This document shows positions 38,507 to 53,430 of a stretch of DNA of 64,000 nt, in pieces. Position 1 is the first letter of the stretch. Each line of letters opens with the position of its first letter. The stretch is from the NCBI GenBank assembly GCA_040437565.1, contig JBDOQK010000024.1, positions 62,001 through 126,000 on the forward strand. Direction: 5' to 3'. Made by a program: the position numbers and the translations under genes. The notes beneath the pieces were generated by a model. That model saw nothing but the letters and a program-made list of their open reading frames with translations. It searched no databases and had not been told where the DNA came from. Source of the stretch: Albugo candida (lineage: Eukaryota).

Positions 38507-41257
38507 GACGTAGTCCGTTAGATCTTATGAGACGCCCGAATCTTTTTCTTGAAAAAACTCCAACCTGGTGACATTTCTTTTGATGATACTGAATGGTGCC
38601 ACCAGTTCCTGGACGTCGTAAGTCCAGTCGTTTAACATCGCCACGACTCGGTTAGAGACTTTCAAATGAAGCATTAGAGTTTAGTACATTTTGTAACACT
38701 TCCCGTCAGCACGCAATCAATACTTTCGAAGTTCACGGGATAGACGCCATGTTTCTGAGCATGTCGGTGCCGTGCAGCTTCATTCTTTTTGCGGTAAGCT
38801 TTGGACAGTTTTATTGTGCATACCATCGAGTGTACAGTGCAATCAATACATGTGATGGCACTGTATTTCTCTAAGTTCACCTTCGGTAAACGCGGCTATG
38901 CCTTGGAACAGTGACAACTGATACAATACGCTGATTGAGTCCTTCTGCTGCAACGCAGTAAAATCCGTGACTGGAGCAATCCCACCAAGTCGACTTGACG
39001 GTAGCTAGTTGATCGTAGATTGACAGAGCGGTAATAAAGTGTGCCAATTTACAATCCGTTGTTGTTTCTCACTCAATAATGACCGCATCACCTTTGATAA
39101 CTGCCGATTTATGACCCCAACGGTCCCGTTACAAAAAGATTTTGAGCACCCATGACTTTTCGGAGTTTTTCCAGTATCGCATTCTTGAAATGTGAGTCTT
39201 GATCCGAAACCCATAAAAAAGACAACACCATATCGTTTGAACCAATCTATCAATGCCTGAACCGTCGCCTCCGTATCTTTCACTGTTGTTGGTACAAGCT
39301 CACAAAATCCACTCCTACCATTTTTAGGACGAGCACGTACATATAAAGCCTTTTGGCATCGATAGGAAATCAAAATGTAAAAATTCGTTTGGTTTCGTCG
39401 CTTGAAGTGTTTCTCCATACGGTCTCGGATAATTTTTAGCCATTTGCCATCAGACAATGTAAGCATTTGTTAACGAAACGTTTCACACCCGCCCTCATCG
39501 TGTTCCATATCACGTATTTTGACACTAAATCCAAGGTCGTCTCGATTCCACGATGACCTGCCGGCCCCGCGTACACTATCACACACAGTCTCTTTTTTTA
39601 ACGTAATCGCATTGTCCGGTATCCATATACGTCCACTTTCATCCTTCCAAAGTATCCGCTCCTTTTCCACTATGAGATTCGGATAGCTTTTTGTCTCAAT
39701 CTCTTTTTGCTGAATTCTTCCTGCCCCATTCAGTGCTGGCCACTCGAACTCATTACATTGTAGCGTCTAAACAGTCTCGACCACTGCCATGTACAGTATT
39801 TCGTTTTTTTCTCGCTTCACACCTTCATGATCTCCACATCCCCATCATAGAAGCAGGCCAACCCAGACGTTTTCTGTACCGACCACATGCTCCACGGTTT
39901 ATCGAAACATTTGCAGCACCATGGCCCAACGCTTTAGCTTGTCAGCTTTATATCGAGCCATAGTATTATCAATACTTCCTGGATCGAAGATGAAGTGTAA
40001 GTTTCTATGATCCGTGAAAATATGAAAGCTATTTGCTCTCAGCAATACATACTCCAATCTTCTACACGTTTCCACTATTGCATACGCTTCTTTCTCAATA
40101 ATTGCCCATCTAGCATCGATCCTCGAAATGAAAAACTAATAAACGCCAAAGGGAGGTGGTTCTGCTCCGCTCTTTGTTTGGGTAGCTCTCCTGGAGCTAA
40201 CTGCGTGACTATAGCTCTCCAATGAGCTTTCGATGCATCCGTATGGACACATACATCCCAATTTTCTTTTGGATAGGACATAAGCACCATTGCATACAAT
40301 GCGTTCTTCACTTTTTTGAGACATTCATCCTGCTTAGATGTCCATCCTTGATCTTTCAAAAGCACATGGATTCCGCTTCTTGCGATCACCTGCCGCCTTT
40401 ATGGATGCTTCTAGAACTTCATGAAGATCATTGAACAATTTTGTAAAGTTCGGAATGCTGTTCCGCATCCAATTTACTACACACAAAATTGCTGCAGCTC
40501 CACCGCCGTCTTTGAAGTTTCCAGCTCACACAGGCTTTGTACGCGGCTTTCGCAGTGACTAATTCCATCACTTGAAGTTTTCTTCCCACACCGTATTGTG
40601 AAATAATGGATGCTTGTACAATTTTCCGCGCTGCGCTTGACCCCATCTGTATTGCACCTCTGTAAGGACACGGATAATATGTTCAGCACTTTTGCATCTT
40701 TAGTTGCATATCCGAGGATATCATCCATCCATGCATGTACTCCTTTCCCGAGTACTGGCTTCATAACTCCTTCGGCCACATGTTGTGCATAAGCGACTGC
40801 AGCCGTAGATCCCATGATGACTCGCTTCGCCGTGAACAATCCACTCGGTGTCACCATTGTAAAATATTCTCTGCTACCTTTATCCAAAAGTAGCTGTCAA
40901 TAAAAACGGAAATAATCTAGGGATAAATAACAAGTTGATCCCTTCAAATTTGCCATAACGACCTCAAGGTGTGGCATTGGCCACGTCATTGGCACTGTTA
41001 CTGCATTGATAGCCCGTAAATCCAAGGTCATTCGATATTCTCCGACTTGTATGTTCACACGCATCTGGGCTACGATACATCAGATCGTGCTCCTATAATT
41101 CCGATAAATGTGTATTCATATACTCCCTACGAAGAGGTGGTTTCGCCTTGATTTGTCAATATTAGGGGTTGCAACCTCCTTTAATCTAGCCTTGAGAGAC
41201 TTGACCTTGACTGGAGGATCCGCGGCAAACTCCACGCAAAACACATCATGGTATTTG

Positions 41258-44200
41258 TGTTGGAAGATGGTGTCTGATCGAGTGAGATGCTGCCAGGTCT
41301 CTGGCCGCCTCGGTACCATTTCTGACAGGATTAGATGATTTTAGTCATGCAGGCGACAAAAGAGGCAGTACGGTGTGAAAACGGTGTGAAATGACGCAGG
41401 TGCCGATATTGTATGAGAGAAGGAATGGATAAAAAAAAGCAGGTTGCTCGAAGGTACGGCAGTAAAAATTGGTAATACAGTCACTCTGCAAAAACACTTC
41501 TTTGAAGAACTTCCTAGCGTGAATCAAAAGGTTATGAACCCAATGGCGGGTGAGAAAGTGTTCAGAGGTGCTACACCAGACTCTGCAGGGAGCTCGTACA
41601 TGGAAGAAGCGCAGGTGGCCGCTCGCGAAAGGGACCCACTGAGGAGTACTTGGACGCTTGCGAAAGAGGTTTGGCAAGTGTGGAATATTTATCAGNNNNN
41701 NNNNNNNNNNNNNNNNNNNNNNNNNNNNNNNNNNNNNNNNNNNNNNNNNNNNNNNNNNNNNNNNNNNNNNNNNNNNNNNNNNNNNNNNNNNNNNNCGATT
41801 GCCGCGTGCACGTGCTGCGCACCGATGGAGGTGGTGAATACAAGAACGTTGATTTGTTTTGTAATGAAACCGGTGTTGCGCGGCAAATATCGGAGGCTGG
41901 TAACCAGGCAGGAAATGGTAAGGCAGAGCGCATGCACCGGACGGTGATGAAATAGTTCGATGTACTACCTCTTTCTTTTTGGGGAGATGCTGCCGAATAT
42001 GCGGCTTACGTTCTCAACAGAATGCCAACCCGCTATAACCCTAGGCGGTCTTCTCCTTTCGAGATGCTAACAGGAAAATCTCCCAGTATTGTGGATATTG
42101 TCGCGTTTGGTTCAAAATGCGATGTGTCACGCGATCATAAGAAGGACTTGCGGAAGCGGCGGGTCCGAGAATGAAATGATCGTGGGAGAAAACGATGAAA
42201 AACGAAAGGATTGCGCGTGTGGCTACCTCGTGATCACATTATCATTACTACCTGTCACGTACGTCACGTCGAGATGCTTACTGACGTTGGCAATAAGCAC
42301 TTGGAGGAGGTATTACGTAGAGAGGCTGAGAGTGACCCGGAAGAGCTAGCACGCAAGCATCAAGGTCAGCGTACCAGTGCAGCTAGCCAAGTGACTGAGG
42401 CGGCTCACGATGAGCAGATTTATGCAGGGTTAACACGATCCAAGCGTACTACAAGAAAATCAGTTCGAAAAGCGGAGGCGGACATGGACTCTTTACTTCG
42501 TTTAAAGCCATGTCGCGAGCTTGATAATGCAGTCACTACGGTCATTCAAATGGATCTCACCAGAATCTGGTGACGTGGTGAATGCCGTAGTTGCTGACGT
42601 TCTGCAAGTTTACCAATCTGAATCCGCCCATTTTCCTGATCCGAAGAATTGTCGCGAGGCGATGCGCAGTCCCGACAACGAGTTATGGGAGCGTGATCAG
42701 CAAGATGACTTAAAATCATTGCGTAGGAATATTACGTGGAGACTAGTTAAAATGGATCCTTAAGTTCCTCGCTTACATACCAAGTGGGTATATAAAAAGA
42801 AATGCACGAGTGGTGAGGAAATGGGACGTCACAAAGCAAGACTTGTTGCGTGTGGTGAACAGCTGCTCGATGTGAATGCTTTGTTGATTTTTGCCGCTGG
42901 GTTGGATATGTCGAGTACAAAGGCTATTTTAGCCATTGCGTGGATTTGGCGTACACCAGCAAGGCAATTTTATGTACCAAGTGCTTATGTAAGTTCTGCT
43001 AAAGAAGATGGAGTGAATATCACTCCATCTTCTTTATCCATATTCTTGATGAATTAAACTGACGTCACGGGAGCTAAAGAGTATGCTGTGTTTACCGCCA
43101 AGAATCTTACACTTTGTTTGGATAGAAGACTTTATGGTTTAAAGCATGCTGGAAGGCTATGGCACCAGCTGCTACACACAACCTTCACCAACATAGGATT
43201 TATTCAATGCATTACGGACACATGATTGTATTTCAAGTCAGACATTGATGGCGCTACTCTTGTTGGTACCCATGTGGATGAACTCTTGGTCACTGGTACC
43301 AGTAATGAGCGTTTCGACGTTTTCTTTTCACAAATGGCGTATCTTAACTGAAAGACCTTGGACTTGCCGAGAAATTTCTTGGTATGCGTGTTAACTATGA
43401 TTCCATGTCGGGTACAAGATTAATCCAAGCGGTGTAATATTAAGTTTCTATCTAAAAACGGCCTCGATAAAGCTAAATCCGCGCGAGGTTCAATGGGAGG
43501 AGATTTTTTGTCTGATGATCAAGTTGGAGGAAATGCGTTACTACCGGCAGTGGGTCCCGGTACACCTGAGCANNNNNNNNNNNNNNNNNNNNNNNNNNNN
43601 NNNNNNNNNNNNNNNNNNNNNNNNNNNNNNNNNNNNNNNNNNNNNNNNNNNNNNNNNNNNNNNNNNNNNNNNGTACCAAGTGCTTATGTAAGTTCTGCTA
43701 AAGAAGATGGAGTGAATATCACTCCATCTTCTTTATCCATATTCTTGATGAATTAAACTGACGTCACGGGAGCTAAAGAGTATGCTGTGTTTACCGCCAA
43801 GAATCTTACACTTTGTTTGGATAGAAGACTTTATGGTTTAAAGCATGCTGGAAGGCTATGGCACCAGCTGCTACACACAACCTTCACCAACATAGGATTT
43901 ATTCAATGCATTACGGACACATGATTGTATTTCAAGTCAGACATTGATGGCGCTACTCTTGTTGGTACCCATGTGGATGAACTCTTGGTCACTGGTACCA
44001 GTAATGAGCGTTTCGACGTTTTCTTTTCACAAATGGCGTATCTTAACTGAAAGACCTTGGACTTGCCGAGAAATTTCTTGGTATGCGTGTTAACTATGAT
44101 TCCATGTCGGGTACAAGATTAATCCAAGCGGTGTAATATTAAGTTTCTATCTAAAAACGGCCTCGATAAAGCTAAATCCGCGCGAGGTTCAATGGGAGGA

Positions 44201-45154
44201 GATTTTTTGTCTGATGATCAAGTTGGAGGAAATGCGTTACTACCGGCAGTGGGTCCCGGTACACCTGAGCACCCGACAATCAAGACTTTTCAGTCTCTGC
44301 TTGGGATTATACTTTGTATTGCTCTCTGCACCCTACTGTATATATCTTTTGCTGTATATCATGCTTCTAGGCGTGCACATGCAACAACTTTTGGCGATTT
44401 GAAGTTGGCGAAAACGATTGTGCGATACCTGGCTGGAAGCGCTCATCTAAAGTTAGTCATGTACCGTAACGATGGACCGGATCTACCACTCCGCATCGAT
44501 TGTTTTACTGATGCTGACTTTGGTGGAGATAAGCGAGACAGGAAGTCCGTTACTGTCGGAATTACTCGAATTAATGGATCGAAGTTGGGATGGATTTGCA
44601 AAAAGCAATCGGCAGTGGCGTTGTCGACCGCTGAATCTGAATATGTGGCTGCGTCACTCGGCGACAAAGAGCTTCTTGGTTCAGAAGAGCTGGCGGGAGA
44701 GACTTCAAGTTATGCTCTCTGTGATCATGAAAATGAACAACCAAGCTGCTATCAAGCAATTTGAGAACGAAGCGAGTTTGAGCCAGGCCAAGCATGTGGA
44801 TGTGCGTCTCAAGTTCATTGGTGATTATACCGTAAAGATACTATTCAACTTAACTATATGAACACGCACAATATGCTAGCTGACATCCTGACGTAGCCAA
44901 TTCCAGCGCCTCGACTTCAAGCTTTGCGTGCTGCTATTCGTCTCGAGTAGGCAAACGCCCTGGGGAGGAGTGTTGGAAGATAGTATCTGATCGAGTGAGA
45001 TGTTTCAGGTCTCTGGCCGCCTCGGTACCACTTCTGACAGGATTTGATGATAATTGTCAACCAGGCGACAGAAGACGCAGTACGGTGTGAAATGATGCAG
45101 GTGACTTACTCTGCAAAAACACTTCTTTAAAGAACTTCTTAGCGTGCATCAAAA
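41258..45154 (+). mobile_element. Decayed Ty1/Copia element A, nested in the Gypsy pol
   Basis: LTRs 41258-41529 and 44971-45154 (both start TGTTGGAAGA). PBS ggttatgaaccca at 41530; PPT ggggaggag at 44962. Integrase VLRTDGGGEY, RT KARLVACG and LYGLKHAG, RNase H FTDADFGGDKRDRKS and KHVDVR. Confidence 0.93.
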
Positions 45155-46450
45155 AATTTCTATTAATTCTCTGAAACGGTCAACAGACTCAGCTTTGGCA
45201 CCTGCGATTTTTGCTTCTTCTACTTTCTTCTCCAAATGCTATGAACACGATCCTTCTGTGTATCCATGGGCCTCACTTCTGTTGTCAGTGAACATTCTTT
45301 CTGGGTTCCACTTCATCATCGAAGAGTTTATCTTCAAAAACTAGCAACGAGTTGCACCCAGGAGTAATTTGACTTGCTTCCTTCTTATCCCCCACATATG
45401 TTCTTCTTTTCTCTGGCTCCTTCCAGAATCGCCATCACTGAATAGCCCATACTCTCCATAAAATGTCTATCCATTATAAGTAATATTGAGTCGTCTTCCT
45501 CATTAACGAGCATTTTCAAGTTTCTCTACACCAGCGGTCTTCCACTTGTGTTAAACTCCACACACTGCAGAAAGACACTTCGTTTCACCCAGAAAGGTGT
45601 CCTCCCCACGCTTTCGATCTTCACTGGGTTTTTCAATTTCTTTATCGCGAGAAATTTCTCTTTTAAAAGCGCTTTTACAAGACTCACTGATGCCATACGA
45701 CAATCCGAACCAGAAGCCAGTAACGTGCTTACGTTTGCAATTCCATCCATTGTGGTGTTTACCTCGCCGCTGGAGTATTTGACTGATTTTCTTACTCTTG
45801 TAACGACATCCATCTTTTTTTCGTTCTGTGATTGGCGTTGTCTCAGTAGTCCTTCCGCTTCTTCAGGCTCACAATTAAGACGGAATACTCCGCACTTCAA
45901 CACTTCACCAACACTTGAAATTTGATCTTGCGCTCGAGGTATTACCAATACTTTTTTCATCTCGTATCTGGCGAAAAATGCCGGAATCCTTATCCAATAT
46001 TCCTTCGCGGAAGCTCATGCGCCTTTCGGCCCTCACAGCTTTCATATCCTTATATTCACATCTTTGTTGCATAGTATCCTTCATTGAATCCGACTCCCAC
46101 TCCATGAAAATTTTCAACAGCTCCTGACAACACTTGCAAAATATCACAGCGTTTTTTTTCTAAGTTTTGTGGATATTCATCTCGAGATTTTCCACAATTT
46201 TTCGTTTGAATTTTGGAGAAGACTAAAGGATCGACCGTCCACTTGACAATGCGTTTTGGATCCGCAAGTTCCACATATTCTTGCAATCCGTGCGGATCCA
46301 AAATTTGTAAATTTGTTTCCTCAACCGCGATATTCTTGATGCTGCATCCGTTAGCGTGGTATCCATTCTTACTTCACGCATTTCTTTATCGATCTTTGAA
46401 AAATCTCCATTATCCGGCTCTCCCGCTTCCCGAAAATATTTTAGCCCGTC

Positions 46451-49400
46451 TGTTGGCAGGTGAGCGAAGATGGCCGCGTTCCAGAGAAATTGCCGAAACC
46501 GAGGTTTTATTCCTCGGAAAACATCCTAACCAATCGTTTAGACTAAGTACCAAGCGCGACTAGAAAGCTAAAGCACATTATTTACTCCTTCCAACATTCC
46601 TTTCTTTCTGGTTGCACTTAAAATTGTGTCATCCTCAACTTGCATCGTTCGATCCCGTAACTGCTATAATTCTCTTAGCTAAAAATCTTGTTGCTGGAAA
46701 CGCCTTTGTCTGCATGTCGGCTATCATCTTTGATGTATGCACGTACCCTGGCGCGATAATTTGTTTTTTGCCATGTTAACTCTGACGAATTTCAGTAGGA
46801 CGTCGATATGTTTCGCCTTGATTGAAGTAGCTTCGTTGAAAAAGTGACTGGTAGCCGCCTGGTTATCCACCCACAAAATCATTGGCGCCTTCCATTTGAC
46901 GTTCAAATCTCTTTGAATAACTCCATTGCTCCAAGTAATTACACCGATGCCTTTGATGCTGCTACGAACTCCGCTTGCATCATCGATAATGCCACTGAGT
47001 GCTGCTTCTTGCATGACCAGCTGATTGACATTCCATTCAAAATGAATGCTGTACCAGACATGCTATTTCTGGCTTCATCATCCGCCGCATAACCAGCATC
47101 TGAAAACGCCTCTAGAGTGACTTCTCTGGGATTGGTGCATACTTCACCACCCAAATAGAGCTTTAGACTTTTCGTAACCCTGATATACTTCCCCACTATG
47201 ACACCTAACGCCCAGTCGGCTTCTGTTGGTGAGCGAGTACGTCTCGTCAGCTTTTGAACAGCCCAACAGATGTCTGGACGAATGCAGCGCGCAAAACATA
47301 AAAAGGGCTGCTCGCCAAAGAATGGAGCTTCTTGATAATTGGCTTCTTGACTGAACGCATCTCCAAGCGAACCGAATTTGAGGTTGTGCTATCGCTGTAG
47401 TCTTGACCAATGGGCATGAGAACCGGATGTGCTTCATTCAGATCCATTTTCGTTATCAATTCGCATATGGACGGTTTTGATACAAAGAGTATCCGTCTTC
47501 TTCGCTGTACTTAACTCACATTCCCAGGAACTTGCTGACGGGTCCGAGATTCTTAATAAAAGACTTGAAATACTATCAAATGTCGACTCAATTCGTATAA
47601 GACTTGTCCCCGTTATCAGTATATCGTTGGCATATAACCCCGAAACCGTAATTCCATTTGTGCTTGGTCGTAATATAAACATGAGTCTGTGAGACTTTGC
47701 TTGAAACCTGCATCGCTCAGCTTTTCATGCATAAGGTGACTCCATTGAGCCGTCCTACCTGTTTCACCCCATAAAGACTCTTCTGTAATCGTAGTGACAC
47801 TTGATCACGGCTCGTAACGCCGATTTCATCCAGCTTGGAAATCGATATTCCCATTCCTTGAGGCACGTGCAAGTACAAGTCCATGTTTTTTCTATTGAGG
47901 CCTCCACGTACGCTTTAGATACGTCATCATGCCTCACTGGTATTCTCCATATCCTTGCCAAGGCTATTATGAGCTTTTCTGTCCCTAAATCCATGACTGC
48001 TGCAAATGCCATGTCGTAGTTGACTCTGAATACTTGTTCGCTCCCGCAGGCAACCATTCTAGCCTTGAACCGTTCCAGATTCCCGTTTTCGTTCATTTTT
48101 GCTTGAATACCCACTCGGTATGTAAGGCTTTAATCTATTTGGTTCTTGGTACAATGGGCCGTGTTTTTAGTGAGTGAGGCTAGTTCTGCATCTGCAGCCT
48201 CCTTCCATTCAACAGGCTTTACTGATTTGATTGCTTGGTTGTACGTCTTCGGATCCGGCTCAATCATCACTGAAACGATCTTTCGAGCCGAAGCTTTCCC
48301 TCCTTGGTTTCTGGTAACCATATTGTTTCTTATATTCTTCTTGATGAGATTCGCTCGCGTTCTTGCAGAAGTTGTGACGGATGCCCTTACAACGACGGTA
48401 TCCTCATGAGCTTTCACGTCAACATCTGTCAAATCCTGTTGACGTCGTTTGAAATTTCCATTTCCATTTGCTCCTTTCAGCGTTGGCTCCGCGTTTGAGA
48501 TGTGCTGAGTAATAATGACAATCTTTGATTTGGGTATATACCCTTCGTACCCTTTGATTTCATCGCAATTTTCGGTAACAATGCCTCGTTTACTTCGCTT
48601 TGGGAAAGAATTTTTTCCAGTCCGAATTCGAAGGAAACAAGGTGAGTCGAATGTTACGACATCAACAAGACTTGTATCCTTCCCAATCTAAACCTTCAAA
48701 GAGATTTTCATCCTTTATTCGCTCTGGTTGGGCTTCTATCAAGGATATACGTCACATATTAAGCGGCATCTCCCCAAAAATACAACGCCATAGAGCTTCC
48801 AAATATCATAGAACGCACCAGGTTTATGAAAGCCCTGTGCATTCGTTCAGCTTTCCCATATTCGACCCATGGTTTTCGGCCTCACTGGTTTGTCTTCGTA
48901 CTTCCTCTTCTTTAAAAAAAAGGTCGACATTTCTGTGCTCAGCATCGCCATCAGTTCGTCAAACATGAATCTTGCAATCAAGTCGTTTCTCGAAGTAAAT
49001 CAAAAAATCTTGGAACTTCTTAGCTGCTTCATTCTCAGTCTTGGCCATGAATACCCGACAATAATTCGATTTGTAGTCGATGAAATTGACCAAATATCGA
49101 TTTCCCCGTCGTTCTTGAGGCGTGATCGGACTCTTCAAACCACTGCATACAACTCCACCAATTCGTCCGTTAATGAGTTCATACCGGTATCTTTCCGAGA
49201 CTGTTTTTCTTTGTTTGCTTTCTTTCCGCGCAAGTAATGCATTCCAATCGATCAATCTCGATCCCTGATTTCCGAAGCTTTGCTATACAATCAATAGTAT
49301 CGTAGTTCAGATGAACAAATCATTAATGTAAGTGCAGAAGATTTCCCATCTGATTGNNNNNNNNNNNNNNNNNNNNNNNNNNNNNNNNNNNNNNNNNNNN

Positions 49401-49986
49401 NNNNNNNNNNNNNNNNNNNNNNNNNNNNNNNNNNNNNNNNNNNNNNNNNNNNNNNNTTCTTTCCCGTCGAATGGCTGAATGGCTAGCTTCATATTTCTTG
49501 CTGCTGGGAATCTCATTCGATTTATCCCATCCATCGCGTTATGTTGCATGGCATGGAAAAAACTTCTCCTAATCCCTCTTCCAAAACGCTGCATCGGTTT
49601 CACATCCAGGGATAACATTGTCAAACCCTTTCCTTGGTTACTTGGACCAGCAAATACGCTATCCGTTCGCGTGGGTGGTGCTGGTACGGGCGAGCCGACG
49701 CTCCACTCGATCACGGTTTTTTCCATCAATTCCCGAGTGCCTCCAGCAGCGTCATCATTCGGCCCATCTTTTACTCATCTGATCCGTCGGATTCTTCCAT
49801 GGTCTTGGTTGATGGAATCTTGGTTGGGCTTATAACCTGTTGGCAGGTGAGCGAAGATGATCGCGTTCCAGGACAATTGCCTAAACTGAGCTTTTCTTTT
49901 TAGAAAACAAAAATTCTAGTCAATCGTTTCTAGTAAGTACCAAGTGGGACTGGAAATCTAAAGCAGATTCTTAAGTACTTCCAACA
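46451..49986 (-). mobile_element. Decayed Ty1/Copia element B, nested in the Gypsy gag
   Basis: LTRs 46451-46596 and 49838-49986 (TGTTGG...CCAACA). PBS (reverse complement of ggttataagccca) at ~49825-49837; purine tract next to 46597. gag KLAIQPFDGKE, integrase RYLVNFIDYKSNY, RT RFKARMVACG, RNase H AFSDAGYAAD and KHIDV. Confidence 0.93.
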
Positions 49987-51379
49987 CAGTTTTGTTCGGT
50001 AGCTTCCATCAGGTCTTTTTCCATTTCAAACTTCGACATTTTCTCTCTCGTCCATACATCCACGCAATCTGATACTGGTATGGCGAACGGCTTGTTTAAG
50101 CACGTTTCGAACGCCAGCAGCGGGTTGTAAAAATCTTGATTTAACTTCACGAAAATTCCTTTTGTACTTTGCTGTCTCCCCTTTATGCATAAGGTGCTTT
50201 GGAAGCTGGGGTGTATTTGATATCCGATTATCCCCCGAGACGTCCGTCATCTCGTAATTCTCCGTTATCCTCCGTACCCTTATCCTCTCATCCGTCAGCT
50301 CACCATTAAATGGTCCACTGGATCTAATCGACGGAACGCTAGTGTTGTTTTGGGCTCCTAAGGGTCGGACGTGATTCTCTCCAGCTCATCATGCATCCCG
50401 TTGCTGGCACTCGTTTTCTCAACGCTTAAGTTTCCTTCTTTGACGGACCTCGGCAACGACTATTGCTTTTGCTAAAGTTAGCTTTGTTCTGTCTTTTTCG
50501 TAATTTGCTTTGCACAAATCCTCCGTCAAGCAATCCAAACGACAGCTTCGTCGATTGTGATTGACTCTCGTTTCTTTGGTAAAAAAGTACGTGTATTATC
50601 TTGTTTTAAACATGTCCTTCCGAAAATCTAGAAAGAGACCTTGTACCCATATCTAGAAAACTCTCGTCCAAAATCCTAACCTGGTACGTTAGAGACATAG
50701 CTGGTTCCAACTAGATACGTAACCGGTACCTAAATCGTCAGGGGATGAGGTATCTGGCGGGTGTAGCTTAAGAACTGTAGTCCAGTCGTTTTCATGTGAA
50801 GATAACACGCAGCCCAGACTGCGATGAGAGCGTAACAAGAACGGATATAGTGTGGGACATCTATGACGATCAACTATCTAAAAGGTCGTTCGGGCTGGAT
50901 CACAGCCAGTAAGATTTATCTTGATGAAACCTGGCTCTGTCACAGGGAACTAGAGATAAAAAGCTTCAAGATTACATACTCAGATCTATGTTCAGTTTAT
51001 TTTTGGCGGAGATTTCGGATTTCTCAAACCGAGAAATTTCAAGGGCTTTGGCTTGAGCAGAAAACGTTTTGGCCGGCTCAAAATGAGCTCCAAAAATACG
51101 ATAGCCAATCACAGGTTCCATTGTAGCCAATCAAATTTCTCAAAGTCTAGCCAATCAACAACATCTATACTCACTTACCACCTGTTTAAACAGTCGACCC
51201 CCGTTGCTACTTTTTTACAACTACAATCAAAGATCATATGTACAATTCATTCATTAGTTGCACCAATCACGTTGATGTCCATCATAATAGAGTTGGGAAC
51301 TCGACGGTGGCATCGGTATTTCTTCACGGCTTATTCATCTGCCTTCCCCGTTAATTCCTTCCTATATACATTCATGTAT

Positions 51380-53430
51380 TAAAAACATTTATATGCATGG
51401 TGTCAAATGGATGTGATAAGGAAGGATTACAGAGCCTTAGGAACTGTGCTGACCAGCCCTTTCCAGCTGTAGTCACAGTTTTTGCAAGCATAAAACTTGG
51501 TAGCACCCCAGAGTTCTCAATGAAGGTTTACTCACAGTGAAACTTCAGATAAAATACAATCATGTGTCCAGCAGCAACGGTCAGTTCTTTCAACATGCTT
51601 TCTGCTCTATGAAGTGATGTTCGTCGTCAATCGATTTCTACCCCAGCACATTGTTGAGCCAAGGCACTTATGATTGCAACGAAGGCCCATTCCATCTTTC
51701 CACTGGCCCCTTTCAGTTTGAACCACTGTCAATCCTTTGGCAAACCTGAAAGAAATAGAAGGGTTAGAAAAATGATTTTAATGGATATCATTTCAACTCA
51801 ATAGCTCTTTCACCTCGAAGAGTAACATCAGAATTAGTGTCAGAGAAGCAAATTGGCTGGTCTGTGACACCTTCCACCTCCCGTTGCGCATCTTTGGATG
51901 TTGTCTCCCATCTGATCCCGAATTCATTCTTTCCCGACAAGGGCATCAGTAGCAAAATAGAAAATGCAGCATGATTTATAGCATTGTCAAAGGCAAAGAG
52001 GGCCTTGGATGTGGGGTAATGTGCCTCAAAGATTGGTATTGCACGATTCCTCACTTGTTTGAAAAGATTTACACAAGTCCACTACCCATCATGATTCTTG
52101 TCAGGGTGCATAATTTAACACAGGCTTCTTTTGAGATGCTGAGATGCTCGAGCTGCTTCAAATCACTTAGTGATAGGTGACGCCCAACATCACGCAAGAA
52201 GTCGATGACATAGATTAATCTTTCAGCTCCTTTTTTCGAAGTGATTGGTGTCCATCCTTCAGCCACAAATTCTTCTGTCCATCGTGTGCTGCGAAAGTGC
52301 TTTCATCGTGTGTTACATGAATGATCGGCTCTCTCACTGACCAGGTTTCAATCTCCATCTCCTTTTCTGAGGATATTGGCATCTGCAATTCAAAACCCAC
52401 CATGCGCTTCAGGAAGATAGTACGGTTTCCCAGAACGTCAAGGCGATCATGACCCCGACGAACATTTCTTTTCGAACTTCGAAATACTGTAGTCCCATTC
52501 TCTGCATCCATCTGATTGCGGTCTTACCAGAAATTACTTTGGTGCTCCCTGCATTGGGAATAATGTGATGATGGACATGCTCGGTGAATTCAGCGGGATC
52601 AATTTTGCACTTGTTCTGAAGGAGATACAGTCGGACTCTGGCAAGAGCATCATCACCCATCAAAAGTCTGCTTGACTTGATACATCGGCCTTGCGTGCTG
52701 CTCGTAAGATCACCAGTGGTGAGATACACGGTTCCCCAAGTGCGAAGCAATCAACAAAACCGTGGTTCTTTCCCGACTACCTGGAGAATGACTTATGAGG
52801 CTTGAAGCTTCTAAAGAAATGAAGCATCATCAAATAATGGAATGTTAATACAAAAAATATACTTCCTCAAAAAATTAACAGCCTCAACTTACAGGATGGC
52901 CCTTCAAAAGGAGACGGAAATAAGATGCGATAGCAGCCAGATGTGCACGTTGAGGTTTGTTGGTTGTCTTTTTGGCCTGCTGATCAATTTTGTATCATTG
53001 CAGTGGCAATTTGTCCCTCATCCTTGTCAACAGTTTCGTTCTCATTGTCTGGTCTGTATGTGCATCTTGAGTCATAAATTGAAGTATGTCTCGATTCGGC
53101 AAGAACCAAGTGTAGCATTGCGGTTTTGTGCACGTTTTCGTCCTCGAGTGCGGCTCGAGTTTCCAATGTACCGACCCGAGCGATTCGAAAGAGAGTTTAT
53201 TTTCAGTGCTGCGAAGTCTGCTTCATCATCAGTGAAAGCCTCAGCCTCTTCAACCTCAAGCTCTGGATTTTCGTCCCCCTCCATTTCAGCAGGCCAAAAC
53301 ATTGGTTCATTGAAATCGGGAGTTTGGCCAAGTTCTCTATTAGAATTGTCAGGGTCACATATTGTTCTGACAGCCCAATGCTCTGGTAAGTTTGAGCTGC
53401 TGTGTGAACGTTTTGTGGGTGGTGCCATTG
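51380..53430 (-). mobile_element. Decayed DDE transposase, IS630/Tc1/mariner-like (subfamily uncertain)
   Basis: Fragments in order: YIGNSSRT..RKR, TAIRWMQRMG, HVTHDESTFAAHDG, YVIDFL, AIPIFE..YP...ALFAFDNAINH and KFHCE*TFIE. Multiple stops and frameshifts. Confidence 0.75.

Larger units (their letters stand above)
37240..50735 (-). mobile_element. Decayed Ty3/Gypsy (chromodomain-bearing) LTR retrotransposon with nested insertions
   Basis: Direct repeats begin TGTTCT at 37240 and 50485 (~250 bp alignable). On the minus strand: gag/protease fragments (~50400-50000, ~46400-45200), RT (SREYFTMVTPSGLF, WMDDIL), RNase H (VHTDAS..HW), integrase (DWFKRYG, NGTVGVINR) and chromodomain (V*WTGFDDTENSSEP, ~38140-38095). 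Confidence 0.9.
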
